DNA of 64,000 nucleotides, from positions 2,914,001-2,978,000 of the forward strand of contig NC_081333.1 in assembly GCF_022539665.2 (NCBI RefSeq), in the 5' to 3' direction. The stretch is from Daphnia carinata. Taxonomy: Eukaryota. This document shows positions 25,161 to 38,600 of this stretch, in pieces. The notes under the pieces were generated by a model. That model made no database searches and was not told where the DNA came from. It was given only the letters and a program-made list of their open reading frames with translations. How positions within the stretch are numbered: position 1 is the stretch's first letter; every line of letters starts with the position of its first letter. The position numbers and the translations under genes were made by a program.

Positions 25161-27502
25161 TTGAAACGGGGGGGACGCACGCGTGCGGGAGAGAAGCAAA
25201 ACGAAGAAAAGAGCTGCTCGAGTCTGCGCACATTTTCACGCAGAAAAATGTAACACGATGAGAGAGAATAATGTTGTCAACCGAGCACGAAGCACAACAG
25301 TTAATTTTCGTTTTTTTTTTCTTCGTTTTTCGCTACCTGATAGTATCGAAATTTTTGGTTTTCGTATTATTCCATTATCGTCGTGTTACTGCTTTTGTAT
25401 TTAGATTATGTTTTAGGTTAATAGATTCCTAGTGAGGTATAATAATGACATTGTTGTTTGGTTGGGAACATCGTCACGGAGTTTGGGCGCTGAATAATTT
25501 GAGTCGTTGTTGTGTAATAATTTTGGCTATATGTAAATTCCGAGGAACAAGAGAACATCACAGCGGCTGAGAAAATGTCAGCCTCCAGGTTGACACACAT
25601 TACCGGTCATCGTTGTTCTCTGAAGTCTGAACTTCAAAGGCTTTTGTATCCATTTGAAAACGATCGCCCTTGAGGCTCTTAGAGTTCCTGTCTTGATTTG
25701 AAATTGCCGCCGTGATCAAGGATGCCTCCGGCCAAAGCCGGATATCGTTTTATTTTTTGGCCGAAATTTTATTGCCGCTGCCACTCACTACGAAAGGAAT
25801 AGAACCAGCATAATATTTAATTGCGAAAAATCGCAGTCGGAATTGTTTCAGGCAAAATATGCGCTCGCGCAATCGATTGTGCCACCCACGTTTGAAACTG
25901 ATTTAATCACTCCCCAAATAGTCGACACTATGTAAAATTTTTTCTTACATTTCTTATTTGCGCGTGAGTTCAGTTTTGAGTAAGCTTTTTTTTTTTTCAC
26001 TGGAAATTGACGCCTACATTACGCGTGCAACTACAATGTTTAAGTTGCGCTTGTTGGAAATGCAAATTAACATCATAGGGAAGACGAGCCGATCGAAACG
26101 AATCCTTAAAATTTACTGTTGCCGAAACCAGGTCACGTTCTGGCTGAAAATAAAAAATCAGTAGAGATCGTTGATCGTGAAAAGATAAAAATGGAAAGCC
26201 CTAAGACGATGATGCGGATTTCTCAGAGGTTCTTTCGCTGGATTGCTTCCAAAGCCATCGAGTTTAATGTTTGATTATTCCATTAATACAATTACTGTGG
26301 TGTATTCCTTTGGGCCAACATTTTGCTCCGTTCTTGGTTTTTGTCGATGGCCATATTGTCCGGGGTCATTGAGCCGTAAGCACTAGATTAAAAATCGTTC
26401 ATTGCGCTTCAAAGATTTCCTGCGTTTTCTATGTTTTTCAAGCTAAGTGACGTGCAAAGGATTTTGAGAATTGCCCTTTGAATTTCCCGGTTTTGATTGA
26501 ACTTTTACGTGTCGCTATTTTTTTTTTTTTTCAGGTTATAGAGACGATATTAATTGCGTGTCACTCCAAGTTGTTCAGTTTGTGTAAGTTTCGCAATGCA
26601 AGTCCAACTTGGCAACGTGTCCGATTTTATTTTCGTCCATTACGTTCGTGATTCTAAAGTTTAGCAAAATTTAGCGCTTCGTCGCACTTTTGATTTCATC
26701 CCCAATGGCGATGTTGTTTCAAATCCTCATTTCATGTTGCCTTAACTACCTTAAGTCTCGAAAGTTAGAAGCTTGAACGAATAATTTATGTATCATGACC
26801 TAAAAGGAGCAATAATGTTGAGACAGTTATGTTCAGTTTTCGAATGAAGTGAACGCACCCGTGGGTGTTCAAGGAAGTCCATTTGGATCGCGATAGAGTG
26901 GGACCACTTTGCATAGAGTGCGAGACATTTGCATACCTCATACTTAATCAAAAACGGGCGGGCTGTGTTCTGCCTACAGATCCGCTCAAGAGAGGCTGCT
27001 GCTTCTTTTCCTCTATGGTGAGGCTTTTGATTTTTAATGAAGCACGACCGGAAGCATAATAGGCCGATTCGTTTTTATAGAGCCACTGAAAACACAAAAA
27101 TCGCTTGGCATTAGGATACAGGAGCTAAAAGAGTTTGCAACTTGCTTACTGATTAAAATGCACGGTCATGTAAAACGATGTGATGGAACATAATGAAACG
27201 GAAGCGCTTTAAACTCTATCAGTTTTTTGTTTGGTTTAAACCAATATGTTTTAAGATGCGCATAATGTTTTCACATATCGATGTTGTAGCAGCCAAACTC
27301 TATCGCGTGATTCTGGTGGCTGGTTGTGGCTCTATTAGTAAACTTCATCGAACGCAGGCTGTTGATTCCGTTGGATCGATTCCAGAATATTTTGAAGTGA
27401 ACTAAGAATGAAAAGACGATAGCCGTTGCCCGATCAACGGCCTTGCTACCAATTTATTTTATAACAGGTCATAAAACTGTACCAGTTTTCTCCCAGCTGG
27501 TA

Positions 27503-27518
27503 TGTGTGTGTGTGTGTG
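27503..27518. repeat. (TG)8 microsatellite
   Basis: Seen directly. Confidence 0.8.
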
Positions 27519-28319
27519 TATGTGTATATATCTGGTTGTGAAATCATTTCTTGCCTGACAGCTCGTAACGATGTTGGCTGCCATCCAGATTTTTGATTTA
27601 GATTCAAGAAAAATACACGAATGTATTTACGCATAGAAAGACGGCGTTAAGCAAATCTTTTCACGCGCATCTCGTTTCTCTTTTTTTTTTTTTTTTGTTG
27701 CGAATAATGAACCCATTCCGACGTTCTTTTTGTGAAGACTCTTTGGATGCATTGCATAAAAGAAAAATGAATACGTTTGCGGAAAACTGATCCAACGAAA
27801 TGCGGAAAAAAACCTGAAACACCACTTCATTTTCTTTGAATTGCATCCCCACGTTTTGATTTAAGAAAAAATGTAAAATCATTATTCGTTATCTTTCTCT
27901 GCTAGATTTGTATTTGCCCAGCCTATCGTCTATTTTTTATTGATGCCAATTGTTAGCAAACAGGTAAACCATTGCGTGTTAATCACACGTTTTTCAACGT
28001 TTCTACATCTAGATGAAATTGGAGCTTAAACGTTCTATCATGTTGCATATGGTTATCCTATTATTGGTGCGACTGATGTTCGCTAATCCGACGATGTGTC
28101 ATCCCGGACATGTGACGCTCTAGCGGTGCGGATAACATTGTGCCGCTTCCACTTTTGGCAGAAGAATGGGGAAAGTCGGAATTACCATTGCTTGTTGGGA
28201 CAGTACCTATTGCGCTACGCGTTGAGATTGTTACAGCTGGATACGACACGCTATGGCCATCGATCAGCACATTAATCCGCCAACACACCGTTGTATTCCG
28301 CTATTATATAGAGCCAACG

Positions 28320-28339
28320 CACACACACACACACACACA
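28320..28339. repeat. (CA)10 microsatellite
   Basis: Seen directly. Confidence 0.85.
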
Positions 28340-29654
28340 TCCTTTGATTCGATTTTCTCTTGTTCTCTTGGCCGGCTTTCCAACTTTTGTTCCAATAAAG
28401 TTGTATACCAGCAATGCCTTCTAAAAGCCAGGACTCGCCATTTTGTGTTATTGACGCATTTTGAGCAAGTAAGGAAACAAGAAAAGGGATTCGTTTATCA
28501 TTTGTTATCTGACTGGACATTGCGACACTCTTGTGCTCTTTTTTACAAGCTTCTAGTTTTGTTTTCGAAAACAACTTGTTGTCTTATAGTCATAAACCTG
28601 TCCATTTTCGATAGTCCACTTTGGTGTTGAAGCATTTGATTTTATTTTTTTTTTGTACATGATATTTTATTTGACGTACCGTTTGTGATGTGGACGTCAA
28701 GGAAGTTTAGCGCTGGCTACCTGCCATTAAAATGTTTTCATTTCCTCACTTCCTTTGCCAATATTTTAGGCGGAAAAGCGTCGTGACCTTGTCGAAAATT
28801 TGGAACAGCTAAAATTGTTGGACAAACAGGTTTTCTCATAGGATTTCATGAATGGCGGGATGCTATACCGTAACGCTATAAACTTTTGATGTCAACAATT
28901 TATACGGCCATGAGCGTTGATTGGGAGCGATGCGGAACTGAAAAATAATCGATAGTTTTATTCTACATGTATGTGTTGGCTTAATTTCTCCCCAAAATTT
29001 TGTTCGGTGATTTCATTTTCGTTAACGTTGTGGTTAAGACGTATTTTCGTGAATGCGGAGAAACACAATTTGAGGCTTCACCGACAGGATAACGAATGGA
29101 TTCTCTATTTCTTTCAACGCTTTCCTCGTAGAAAAATTCAATCTGAAATGAATATGGGTTTAATCTCTTAGCTCGTCGGATAGACATTTTCTGAATATAT
29201 CTGTGAACGTGTGTGATAAACGAGAGAAGTCATAAAAAGTTCGGCAAATCATGGCGTAGAAATCACGGTGTGTGCGTCTTACTTCCAAGGGCTTTTCAAG
29301 CAGGAAAATTTTGGTTTAATGAATGATGGAAATGTGGTTAAATGAGTTAATATGCAAATAATGTTTGTCGAAGAAGCTGTTCGAATGTGTCCCTACGTAA
29401 TTCGAAGACGTCAACGCAGAATTAAAAATATGACGTGGAAAAGGCAAACGAGGAATTTTGTTTTCTTTAAATATAGTCAGATTAATTTATGTTTATTATT
29501 ATTTTTTTTATTATTATTTTTTTTTATATCGAGCAAAAGAATTTGTACACGAATGGGCACGATGAAGTTATAGGATTATCGATAAAAGAACGACTCGTGA
29601 TACCATAAAAGAAAATCGAATGGAAGGTACAACGTAAAGAAAAAAAAATCAGAG

Positions 29655-32600
29655 TTATCGATTTTGAAGAGGCATCTGAAGAAGAAGGAAATTTAGCCCA
29701 AAGATGAGCACATTCAGTGGAATGGAAGATTTCAGGGCCGACTGTCTCTGAACCGCCGCTGGTCGATCACCTAATAACACAAACGACAATTATTTGTGAA
29801 CAAAAATAATCTCCATAAATTAACTTATATTTCATTATTTTTATAATTTTCTTAAAACGGTTGAAATTTGATTTGAGCTCGGGTGATTCCACCTTTTTGA
29901 CAAGTCCCACGTAGCTAATTAGATGCAAACATACGAGTGTAAATATACTTCTACAGGTGAAGCAGGTTGCTGAGCAACAAAACGCATTTTTAAAAAAATT
30001 GTTTTCGATTCGAAAAACAGGCCGGGGTAAATGTATCTTTTTGAACATATTTCCTTTGTCACTCGCACCGACGCCTAGCGTCAGCATCCAGCTTAAAAAT
30101 CGTCTAGGTTTTAGGCCCTCCTTTATGTACGGCGCAGAAAGGAAGCCTCATCATAGAAGCACTCTCGCTAACCATTTAGCGGCCTATTACGTCAACCTGG
30201 GTCGCCTTACATCTAAAAAAAAAGAAGTTATTTAGACGAGGATTGATTACAGACGAGGTAATGGCTGTTATTTAGCTCATAACGTATGGCTGTGCGTGTG
30301 ATATCCTAGGCTACGTATTTTTTTTTTTTCCGGGAGGGTCTTCGACAAACACAACATTTTGATCACAACGTTGATGTGTTTTTCTTTTTTATAATGTCTT
30401 GATTGAATAAGGGCAACGGTCCTAGTCTAACATGGAAAAAAAACTAGGCTGCAGTAATCGATCCAACAACTTTTAATCGGTCCTTTAACCGGGAAAAGCC
30501 GGTCCATGAGTTCATTGTGCCTTTCTTTTTTATTTAGTTTGATGGACAAAAAAATAAAGTATTTCGAAAAACTTTCAACTGTGATAACCGACTTGTGTTG
30601 GGCTCTCTTGAAATAGCATGCAGGATAAAAACGACAGCAGATGTGGAGTTGACATCGTATTTCTAGTGGGGTAGAGTCCGGTCCCAATGACACGCAAAAA
30701 TGCAGTTGATAAAAGGGCAAATGCAGATGATAGAAACGAAGGTAAACAAGAGAAAATCTAGAAGCAAGATGGACTAGGAAATGCTAAAAGATATTCCTGT
30801 GTCATTTCTTTTTTATTATTTGAAAAAAAAAAAAAAACGGACAGGAAAGAGTAGGAGGAGTTGGTGATGTCTCGGTCTGGGGTTATGTAAAGATGCCACA
30901 AACACGCCAAGAATGTTTTCAGGAAGAATATGATAACGTTGAAAAATACGGAATTCTAAGGAAATGGCAGACGGACACAGTGCGAGTTAATCGACGATGT
31001 CACGTACTCAAAAAAACCCGGAGGAAAATAAAAGAGAAAAATTTCTTGTTTTTATCGATTTCAAGAGTCAGAGAAAACATTAGAACCAAACAAAAATTGA
31101 GTTGTTTGTGCATCTCTGGCGCAACTCTCGAAAGTCAATTTGCTTCTATTGTACACTCAAAACATTTTGCGTCGGGAAAATTCTTTTTTTTTTTTCACGT
31201 TTTCCAGTTGCGTTTATTTAAAAAAAAAAGAGGTAAAGAGCGGCATAATTGAACTCAATTGTAGAAGGAAAGAAAGGTCATAATTGCTTTTCATTTGAGG
31301 ATGGCGATCAAGAACGAAAAACGGCTGGTGCGTGTTCCTCACCTGATTGTTATCTTGAGGGTTCTACTGGCGTTTAACGATCGATACATAATTACGTGCG
31401 CTGAGAAAAACACGACGACCGTATGGCGTGTGAAAAGAGATAGTCTCCCCCATTTCGACGGATTGCCCTAACGCTTTTCATTCGTGACCAACACAAGGAG
31501 AAATAAGTGGCCTTGCAAAATGTTTGACGCGTCATTCGTAAGAGCCGCGACGGCGGAAAAAAAGAATCGATTCTGCACAAGATGCGCACATCTATTTTCT
31601 TTCTATGGTCTATCTCTGGAGAAAAAACCGACTTGCCGAGTATTTATCTAGACGCCATGACGTTCGTTTGTCCTCCTTTTTTGAACGCTATTTACTGTCG
31701 TTAGTTTCCCAGCCTCTGTAATTTGACCGCGACATCAAACGCGTTTTTTTCCCACCGTAATCCGGAGAAATATTTCCTCGTTCTCCAGAATATCATAATT
31801 CATTGATAACAAGCATGCCAATTTTTCGATCAGAGATTTACGATCCGCAGGAATCTCGTAACTTACGATCCGTTCGTAGTTTCACGTAAGAAATTATTAT
31901 TTTTTTTTTTTTTTAAACTTAAAATTTATAGCCGTTGAAGGAGCGTCTAGCACGAAATAATTCCATCAACAATTTGTTTGTTCATCGTCTGCGCTGAAGC
32001 GGAAACAGTTTTGATCTACTGGTACATCATACGTTTCGTTTTTGTTTTTTTTTCGTTCAGGATCGATGGAAGTTGGATGTTATGATGGCATGTGGCGGTG
32101 GGACCGAATATCGATTGATAGTGTAAACAATTGCCAATTCACCTTGTGAGACGAAGACGTTGACTGAGGCGGCCTTCCCTCTCCACGGTACGCAGGTATA
32201 ATTGCCGGAATCAGCCGGATCTGCACGCTGGATCACCAGGCGGCTGGTCCACGCCATCCAGTCTCTTTTGCTAGCGTCCGATTCGGATACGCCTTCCAAG
32301 AAAACAGACACCAATCCTAATCCGGCGGATGATTTGCTGCCGTGAATCAACGGCCGGCCATTATGGAACCAAACGAACGGTAGGCCGCCCCCTCCCACCT
32401 GTTTTTATTGAAATTGCTGGACTTGTTTCGATCAAAATGAAAGGTAATGATGAATTATACCGTGGGTAAAGTCAGCTGAGGAAATTTGGTCTGCTGTTCT
32501 TCGACGCCGCTATTGGCGTTGGTGTCGTTCCCATTGCTGTGATTGTTCTGAAGATTCTTCGATTCCGGATGAAGTTTGCAGTGCAGCTGGATGTTACTCT

Positions 32601-35600
32601 CAGCTTCGACATGATGTTCGCCACCCTCGAGTACAGACGCCACAGGCATCCAAACTAAAAGTTCCACAAAGTGCGAAACTTGTCCCTGTCCACCCGCAAT
32701 CTGGCCGCGTGAAAAAAAGAAGATGAATTTCACCATATCTACATATTAGAATTTCCCACGATCGTGTTCGGGACATATCAATTATTAAACAAAGTAGTTA
32801 CGGTGGGAACGGCAGCTACTTGCTACAACTCTTCTTGACAAAGAAATACGCGTTTACCCACTAGTGCAAACTAGACGTAGAACTTTAGGTATCCTGCCTA
32901 ATTTTACCTTTCTTTTCTGCAAGAGTTTTGTTAGCATCGACATGCATTTTTTACGGATCGTTACGTATTCATACCCATGGACAAAGGATCAATTATCCAA
33001 GCTTTTGCCAACATCGTACTTTTCTGTACATGAACAATTTTTTTTCGGATTCTTTTGTCGCTGCTTCATGACTTGCTACGTTAAAACACAGTTTTTCTCT
33101 TCGTCCAACTTCTATTCAGATTTTACAACACGGACGTCATTAAACTGCCCTACGACGTTGAGTCCTCTGAAAAGTCCAACTGGAACGCTGGCCTCTGTGT
33201 GCCGGAATCAATGGGGCAACACATTTCGGTCGCAAAAATGAAAGCCATTGGAAATTAAACTATGTTCTTGTTGCGTTAGTATGCACTGGCCTTTCCCTGA
33301 TTAAATACTAATTATTACCTGGCATTCATAAGTGCCCGAGTCGTGAAGTTGAGGTGATTTGAGCATCAAAATCCAGTCAGGCGAACCGGGCCGGTTGAGG
33401 ACGCTGAAACGGCTGTCGGCTGTGTAGACGTGACTACCGGACGACATGATGTGCCAGTCTCTCCGTCTAATCCACGAAACCTGTTTGAAAGTAAACAATA
33501 AAATACTGTGCATCACACTGTTAATTCATTTCATTTCTCTCTCTGTATATTACAGAATGACGTGAAACGTTAGAGGCACCACCACATAAACAAGGTGAAA
33601 CGTTTGGAAACGAATGAGTATTCGCCGAAAGCCAAATGTCATCGATTCAACAGTAATCACAACATGTTTGGAGCGTTGTATGGAGGAAGAAGTTTGCGTG
33701 ACGTCTTTTGACTGATGATGAAGTTTCGTCAACGCTGTCGGCTGTGTTGGGAGATTATAATATTACCACCTCTTCTACCATTAACGTACAGAGAACCTGC
33801 GATCGGGCTAAGCTATTGGTTAATTCAAACAGAAGCTGATGACAGCTCTAATGCACTTTCTGCGCATTTCAAACAACGTGATGGTTGATAGAGTTTTTCG
33901 AACGATATACGCAACCCTGGAAACTGATGGACTTGTACGCTGCTGTGCAACGATCGTACTGGCACAAATAATCAAATGATTTCCCTTTTTTTTTTTTTTT
34001 TCACGGTCAGTTCAAAAGAGAACCAACATGCATCCAAGGGCCTCTTTCAAATGCCTTTTAATTCAGTGCCATTTTGTTGTTGTAACGAATACTTTCGATC
34101 GGGCATTTGTTTAGAGGGACCGGCATAAAAGCTCTACGATCTCAAGTAGAACATTTGATTTTCTACGAATAAAAATTTGGTAAGAAACGTTACAGGAATA
34201 AAGTGGGCTCATTATTCAATTAGGATAACACCTACGTGTCATTTACACAGTTCCTCACGATGCTGTTATTCGTATTCTCAGGGTCTCCTTTTCCATCGAT
34301 TTTTCCCTCAACAATCCGCCATTCAAAGAAAGAAAAAAGTCGACAAATGGCGGTTCTTCGTCGCAGTTTCTAATCAAGTTTTGAGGAAAGGGCAGAGGTT
34401 AATTAGAACAACCGATATAAAAAAAAATGTAACATATGAAACGTTACGCTTGCAAGTCGATTCTTTTCCAGAAATACACGAATAAATGTTATGAATTTGT
34501 GGAAAAGATCAACGATCGTATATCAAATAGTGTCGTCTTGGTACAACTGTGTACATCCAATGATCAAACCCAGACAGCGAAATCGGATACGCACAGACGA
34601 CATTGAGATTCGGATCGCTTTGAGAGCCTCGGTAACTGTCCTACTTGCAGACGAAGCAAAACACCAGCGTTGACTTTCATGTAGGTTTTTTTTTTTATTT
34701 GATAAACAGGTGAATTCGTATGTTAGATAACGTTATTGGGACGAACTACTTTAGCTCCTTTTTTGTTTATGTGAAATAAATTTTCGATCAATTTGCCAAC
34801 TATTGATTTGCAATTTACCTATTGCACAGAGGGGAAAATGGCGACAGTGAAATATACTTGTTGCTCTGCCAAATGGCTGTCGTAAACTGGTCACAGACAA
34901 AATGTTTGAGTTGAGCTGATCACTGCGTTCATAACAATACATTTGTTTCACTGAAATCACTGGGAAAAAGGAGAGAGTTAACAAAACTAAAACTGCCGGT
35001 ATAGAAAGGTTTTTTTTTTGAAGTGATTGGCACATTTAGTTACCACAGCCTTTTGTTTCCCTTCCTTGAATAGGATGTGCACCCCGTCCCCATAAATATG
35101 GAACCTCTAGACGTGGCGGGAAAAGTCTTATGCCGCTTTTATTTTGCAAAAAGCTGTCATGTAACCCTTCCCTTTCTCTTCCTTAAAAGAAAAGTTTTCT
35201 TCGTGCCGTTGCAGTACTATTAACGATGAACAAAAATTGCAGCGGTGGTAAACATTTCCCGCCATTGGGAGGGATCCAAGATTTTTGGAGAAAGGGGGAT
35301 CAAGGCCAGAGCCATAAGTTTCCTATGGTTTCGGTTCGAAAATTTTACTCATTTCTAATTTAGTATCCGTTTTCTAAGGAGGCGTTTAAATTTCTGCAGC
35401 AACACATAGCTAAACACTACTTTTCAACGATTACGATAAATTGAACTCGTGAATTTTGTGCTTGTGTACGGCAGATTGTGAAAAACGGCGATGACAATGT
35501 CTGAAAGTGTGTAGGGTGCAAGTGAATTCCGAGAATCGAAATTCGTTTCGAAACGTAGCAGAGAAAAGCTCAACTTTGGCATTTGATTGTGTAAGTGTTT

Positions 35601-38600
35601 GTCTTATTTTTATCTTCATGTGTTTTGTACATATATCAAGTGTTTCTGTCGTTAATTGCACCCGAAGCTAACTTTATCGAGTGTAATCGTCGTTCTCTTT
35701 TCAGAAATCTTATTTGCATAATGTTTGAAGAGTAATTTCACGCTATATTACAGCAACTACATGGCCAGGAGCAATCAAAAGAAAAACCCATATCTTTATG
35801 ATGGGACATGTGGCAGCAACGTGCATTTGCAAACAACATCAATTGCTGGCCTGGCAGCCATATTTGTTCGCATGCCAGCCGTGACAATGACGACGCCACT
35901 AGAAAGGTAAGCACTCCCGACTCATTATTTTCGCTGTAATTGCCGGTCTTTTTTGCCGACTTGTTTGCGTTTGCTTTCATTTCCTGCTGAAGAAAACGTG
36001 TTGGGCAGTGGCGAAATGTTTTTATTTTTGCTGCCGATTTTTTTTTTTTGGAGGTCATTATTTTGGATTGTTTTCCAAACGTTTCTAGCCTGTTGCAATA
36101 CAGCGCCGTGCTAACACTCGTCGTCACTAGAGGAAAGAAAAAGAATTGAGAATCGATCGATTTAAGGTTTTTTCTTTCCTTTCTGTTTCGTCCCACTTTT
36201 CACTGTGTTGTTTGGTGTTCATTTTCCCCCAAACCTTTTCAGAGATCCACTTGATAACTTTAAACAAAGCCACTTGCAAGATGGAGTTAATCGTGCGAAG
36301 TGGAATTGCACTTCAAGTTGTAGAAAGCAATCGTTTCGCCATTATTTTCGAAATCTCCTATTTTGTTTGTTGCCAAGATGTTGTTTTGCGGTCGATTTGC
36401 ATGACGACTTTTGTAACAACAACAATCTCTTTCCTTCTCGTTCAAAGTGGAAGACTACGTGATTTCAGTCTAACTGTATCGTTAAATGTCTTTGTTGCAC
36501 TACTGTAACCCCCCCCCCCCCCCCCCAAAAAAAAAAAGAAAAATATTGCAACTACTAAATCAATTGGAAATGAAAGGCGTTGATACGGTAGGATGTAATG
36601 GCGCCAAATACGATCAAACATTGCGAAAGAATTTGTGGTTTATTGCTTTTTGTTTTCTGGCTTAGATTTGAGCAGAACCATGATCTTTTTATTGCAGTTT
36701 TTACGGCCTATTTTTTTCTTAATCGACGTGACAAATTGCCGAATAAGCGAGTTATGCCGAGAAAGAAAACTTGTTTCAGGCCACTGTTTTTTTTTTTACG
36801 GGGGGACAAATGAAAGTCATTCTTAGAATCGCGTCTTTGCTAGCAATGTGTTTTCATCGTGTTAACGGTGGCTATAGACAGTAAGTAGAAATCCAGACAA
36901 ATGCGGTGGAATATAACTTTCGAGCGTCATCTTTCTTGATAAATTACAGCCAGACGAAGTTGATCCTTTTTTTTTTTATCGTTCAGGTGATAGAGGTGAA
37001 ATAAAAGAAGATGCATCCCCTCTTTTTTTTTTCCCCCCATTAAGCCGTGCATTCATGTCGACATTGTGTCCTCAATAAACGGGATGTTCACGAAATTTGC
37101 CTATAGAAAAATTGATTCTCCAAAGTGAGAAAAGTTTTAACTACCGTTGTTTAAATTTCTCTTTCTCTTTTGGATTTCGATCGATGATTCATTATCACCA
37201 TTAACATTCCTGGCTTTCCTTTTTTGCATGTGATGTCAATCAATAGTCGTGGGTTGATAAAATAATTTCCATTTTCGTAATTTGCTGAATTGTCCGTACA
37301 CGCCAGTTGAGTTTTTGAATTGGGGAAAAAAACCTTTGTACTACTCGATTCTATTAGACGAAATACGCTGGCGCCTTCTTTTGTAACTTTTCCTACAGTC
37401 AGGGTCATTAGCGGTTTCTGCATTCTGTATTTTATTTTATTTTTTTTAAGTTGTCTCGTACTGTACGAGCTCATGTTGAAAGTTCAAATGAGTTGTGCAC
37501 AAGATAGGCTGGTTTATTCATTAGGAAAACATCTCCCAACCATTTGATGTTAATTTTTTTAAAGGAAACAGGAATGAGGACACGAAAAATGCTATTTTTT
37601 TTTTCGTTTGTCTGTGTCACTATGCAAAGGGGGGAGGGGCTAATAAAAACTTGCGTCACACGGTGTCTGTAGAGAAGGGCAAGCTAGTATCGAAATAATC
37701 TTGTCTTATTCTTCAAATGAGTTGGCTGGAGTTTTACCATTGACTATTCATGTAGCACTCTCTCAGTTTGCCGCGTTCGGACGTGCACAGCCGTGACACG
37801 TGTCTTTTTAATGAGTCGCTTCGGGACCTATTTTCATTTTTTTTTTCCTTTGTCAAGCAAGAAAAGAAATTTTTCTTTTATTTCTATGGCGACTACTTGT
37901 TTCGTTGGGTTTTTCTGCACAGTTTTTGTTTGAACTAGAACCGCGATACGAGGAAGTGACCCTTTTTTTCCATCGATTTCTTTTCGAATCTAGGAGTTAA
38001 TAGTTAATTTTGAACGATGGATGACGTACAACAGATCAAAGTTGTCTTCATCATCCAGCGCGCAAAGAAAAGTGCAACAAGGTAGAACGTAATGCTGAAG
38101 TTTTTGAATCCGAATTTCTTTAAATTCAGCGGCAGGACATGGTTTTCGATCGACGGTGGATAACAAACTGGACATGTCGGCGCTAGTTCTTGTTGTCTTT
38201 CTAGCGTTAGCAATTGCATTTAGTGCCCAATGAAATCCATATTTCCATCGTCACTGACGTTGGTTGATTCATTTTTTTTTTTTACGGTTAAAGAAATTTC
38301 TTTGATGTCGATCTTTTTAAAAAGATAAGCAAAAAATTGCTTACCGTTCGCTGGCCGAGGCTGTAGGCCTTGCAGGGTAAAAGGGCGGTCTCACCCTGTA
38401 AGACGGTCATGTGATTGGCCGTGCCATTTTCGATTATTTCTGGAAGGAGCTCTTCCAGCTCGATAGCGACACCACTGGACGCCAATGGAGCGGCAAACGC
38501 CCGTAGAAGATCTGATCCACCGGCTACGACGACTGGCCTATTGTCCCCTACGTTGGCTTCTGTAATGTGCAATAAAGAAAAAAAAAAGAAAGATTGAAAT

